From NCBI GenBank assembly GCA_950097015.1, contig CATNEN010000034.1, positions 3,968,001-4,032,000 of the forward strand: 64,000 bases of DNA. The letters run 5' to 3'. Shown here piece by piece: positions 60,639-64,000 of this stretch; positions within the stretch are counted from its first letter, which is position 1, and every line of letters begins with the position of its first letter. The position numbers and the translations under genes were made by a program. Source of the stretch: Macrostomum hystrix (lineage: Eukaryota; Animalia; Platyhelminthes). Under the pieces are notes generated by a model that saw only the letters and a program-made list of their open reading frames with translations, was not told the DNA's origin and did not search any database.

Positions 60639-63600
60639 TCAGCCTTTAGTCTTGGTCAGGCTGAAGCCGCCGCCGGTGAATCTGGCCTGATCGGTACGCT
60701 GCGGTTGAATCGGCGGGTTGCCGGGCGCGCCGCCCATCTGCAGCGCCTCGATGGCGCGCTCCCGGTCCCGCACCGCCTGCTCCTTCTTCTTCTGCTGGAA
60801 GTACTTCTTCTTGACCTCCTGCAGCTCGCGGGCCAGCTTCTCAATCTCGTATTTGTACTCTTTGATCTGCGACTCGTACATGTTCGTCTCGGCTGCCATG
60901 GCCTGGATTGGAGCGGCGAATTGTGATGCATCGAATTTTCTTTAGATGTTTAAAAATAATACAAGCTAATGTTAAAACGATTTTTATCTAGACGTGTCAT
61001 TTCAAGTATTTTTAGGAGTATCACTTTTGGAGATTCGTAGAGTTGTCATTTTTGAGATCTTAGGATGTTTGATTTTTGGGATCTATAGAGAAGTAATATT
61101 TGACGGATCTAAAGACGTGTCACTTTGGGATCTACAAGTGTCATGGTGGTAATCTAAATCGTTGTCAATTATAATGTGTAGAAGGCGTAAAAATATTTTT
61201 GGTCACGAGGAAATTCTAAAAGTACACTCAACTGTACCTCATAAAAATATGAGATGCCCACTAAGCACTACCCACCTTCATCTGCTTGGTCTTATCCCGC
61301 AGAGTCTGCTGATAGATTGACAGCTGCTCGGCCACCTCAGGTCCCGGCTGCCTAGCTAGGATGTGCTTGAGCTCGATGTACAGTTTCTCCTTCTCCTGGA
61401 TCAGCAGCTCCTTCTCCACCACCTCCTCCGTCTTGAGGATGAGGCGCTTCTGTAGGGTCTGAATCTTCTGGATCATCTCGTAGGTTGACGGGTCACTGCC
61501 CTGGAATTTAGATGGATCAGAAATCTTAAAATTAGAATGAGAAACTAATAAAAAGGCGGAGACAAATATTGGGAAGAAAATCCCAGAAGCAGCCCACCTC
61601 CAGCTTGCGCCAGCGGTGCACATTCATGGGATTCTCCAGCTCTTCCTCCAGCGCTTTGCACCTGGTCCGCTCCCTCAGCAGCTCCTTCTGGAGGTGGTAG
61701 ACCTCCCGGCGGAGCTCGTCAACGTTGTGCACCGTCCGCTGAAGCAGCGCCTTCTCGCGGCGAAGCTTCTTGATCTCCAGCTTCAGCACCCGGATGTCCT
61801 CCAGGCGCTGGTTGTACTGAACCTCGCCCTTGTTCAGCAGCGACTGTTGAATCTTGATCTTCTCGTACAGTAGGGCCAGCTCGTCGTTGCGCCTAACAAG
61901 CTGCGTGCCCAGGATGTCCCGCTCGCTGACGAGCTTGTCCAATTCCTTCTTCTGCCGCAGACGCTCAGCGTCGGCCTCGTTGATCATCTTCGTCAGCTTC
62001 TTCTTCTCGACCTCCTGCGCCTCGATATAGTCGCTGCTCTCCTTGTGCTGCTTCTTCATCATCTGCAGCTCCTTGCTGAGCTGGTCCTTCTCCTTCTCCA
62101 CTTTCTGGCGCTCCATGTTCTCCTTCACGAGCTGGCCGTCCTTCATGGCCGTCTCCTCCTTCAGCTGGTCGATCTGGTGCGACATGATCTTGTGCTTCCG
62201 CTTGAGTTCGGTGATCTCGTCCTGGGCCTCGATCAGGTTCTTGCTGTACAGGTTGCGGTCGCTTCGAACGGCCTCGTACAGGTTCTGCTGCTGCCGCAGG
62301 CGGGTCTCCGTTTCGGCGATCTTCTTTTTATAGTCGAAGATTTGCATCTCGCGCACCTTGACATCCTCCATGTGTTGCAGCACCTTCTGGGTCAGGTCCG
62401 AGGCCTCGTTTATGTAACGGTCGCGCTCCTTCTCGAGCTGGTAGATGATCTTGCGCTGCTTCTGCGCCTCATCCTTGTAGTTCTCAATCTCCTGCTCAAG
62501 AGTCTTCTTCGACGCCTCGTGCAGCTTCACCATGCCGCGCTGCTTCTCGGTAGCGTTGGCCGCCTTGATGAGGTTCTTGTTGAGAATGTCGCGCTCCCGG
62601 GTCAGCTCGTCCACAACCTTCTTGTCGTTCTCGCTGGCCTTCTTGATGAGGTCCATTTCTGAATTTGGGGCGGTGAATCGAAGGTGAGCATAGCGAATTG
62701 GACTCAGGACTATGTTTTCTTGACTTTTCCCGGGGAAGTAAATAGTCACTTAAGTCTGTTGATGAAAAAGTAGCTCACCCTTCTCCATGCCGTGAATCTC
62801 ATTCTTGAGCTGCTCTCGCTGGCCCTCCAGGGTGCTCTTGTTGTCCTCGGTTAGGCGCAGCTTGCGCAGGGTGGTCTCCCGGACGCGCACCAGCTTCTGG
62901 ATCTCGCTCTTCAACGTGTTCACCTCGTCCTCGCGTTGCTGAAAAATGTTTCATTTTTGAATAAATTAATGTATGAAAATTTGTTAAACTGTATCATTGA
63001 TTTCCGCTTGTAATTACCTTGAGCTCGAGCGTCTTGGACTGATTATCTCCCATGAGCTGCTGCACTCGCTGGCGCTGATCGTTGAGCACCAGGGTGTCAT
63101 CCTTGATCTTGGTCTCCAGAAAGTGCTGCTGCCGCTGTGCCTTCTCGAGCTCCGATTTGGTCATTCGGATCTCATCCTCGCGTGTCTTGTTCTCCTGCGA
63201 CACCCCGGCAAGGCGCGAGCGCAGCGTCTGGATCTCTCCCTCCTTGGCCTCGGCCTCGGCCTTGGCCTGCTTCAAGTCGCGCTCCATTTTCTCCTTCTTC
63301 CGCTGCTCCCTGGTGGCCTCACTGTTTTTGGTTTGAATCTCCTGCTCAAGTTCGGCCACCTTGGTCTGGCAGTCGGTCAGGTCCGTCTCCAGGCGCAGCT
63401 TCTGCGACTTGTTCTCCTCGAGCTCGTCTCTCAGGTGGCTGTTCTGTTGCATCAGCTCATCCCGCTGCTTAGTGAGCTCCTCCTTGGCTTCAAGCAGCTC
63501 GCTGACGTTCTGGTCCTGGCCGGAGGTCAAGCCGGCGCCCTGCTCGACCAGCTTGCTGAGGTTGGCGATCTCCAGCTTCAGGCTCTGGATGGTGTCGCGC

Positions 63601-63947
63601 GCTCGGGCCTCTTTGTCGTGCGCCGCGTCGACCATCTTCCAGGCCTTCTCGATCTCCTTCTTAAGCGAGGCAATGGTGGCTTGATCCTCCTCCGAGAGTT
63701 TCAACGCTGACGTCATTTTAGCCGAGTTCGCCACGATCTCGGCTTTGAGCTCGCGACATTTCTGCATCAGGCGCTTCTCGCTCTCGTGACTCTTCTGCAA
63801 GGCTCGCATGAGCTTCTCGTATTCGAGCTTGAACTTGTCCAGGCCCTTGTTGCCCTGAAGCTCTTGCAGTACCTCCTGGAAGTCTTTCTCCAGCGTGTCA
63901 AACGCTGAGTCGTCCATATTGCCTTTTTCCTTCCGTTCCTCCTTCTC
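60639..63947 (-). CDS. CFAP58: Cilia- and flagella-associated protein 58 (CCDC147), ~870-880 aa
   Basis: Exons 63947(ATG 63917)-63018, 62938-62779, 62658-61598, 61500-61276, 60902-60639 join in phase; LKKEIEKAWKMVD, YEAVRSDRNLYSKNL, ERDILGTQLVRRNDEL, LENPMNVHRWRKLEGSDP, RFTGGGF motifs. The true start may be upstream of the acceptor at 63948. Confidence 0.95.
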
Positions 63948-64000
63948 CTGTTGGGTTGGGTTGGTGATCGGACTTTAAAGATATTTCAATCTAATAATTA

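Noticed and set aside
61616-63710. Several plus-strand Leu-rich ORFs
   Set aside because: Antisense shadows of the GC-rich CFAP58 exons.

Overview
Eukaryotic (metazoan) genomic DNA: GC-rich exons, AT-rich spliceosomal GT-AG introns, and about a third of the window (hand estimate) in intronic or intergenic minisatellites, almost each with a different monomer. This architecture resembles a macrostomid flatworm such as Macrostomum (inference only). Recognisable spliced genes: casein kinase II beta (-), TRAM translocon protein (-), family I inorganic pyrophosphatase (+) and CFAP58 (-). Unassigned genes: an approximately 1,450-1,480 aa, 15-exon gene with an RFX X-box just before its ATG and an EF-hand-like C-terminus (+); a 220 aa single-pass membrane protein (-); a secreted Cys-rich prepropeptide (+); and an orphan Pro/Gln-rich terminal exon. 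A decayed head-to-head CTU1/ATE1 relic lies at 10.5-11.8 kb. Mobile DNA includes six copies of a tRNA-derived SINE (two with TSDs, all full copies with a long internal hairpin), a second CORE-like SINE, a CMC/CACTA-type MITE nested in a SINE, an 8-bp-TSD MITE, a solo LTR and a satellite-bearing dispersed element. Most long ORFs in the supplied track are translations of tandem repeats. Best leads: the amidated Cys-rich peptide precursor, minisatellites whose monomers copy the adjacent 5' splice site, and a 63-bp array that multiplies an X-box-like motif upstream of CK2 beta. All coordinates were read by hand; nothing was searched against a database.
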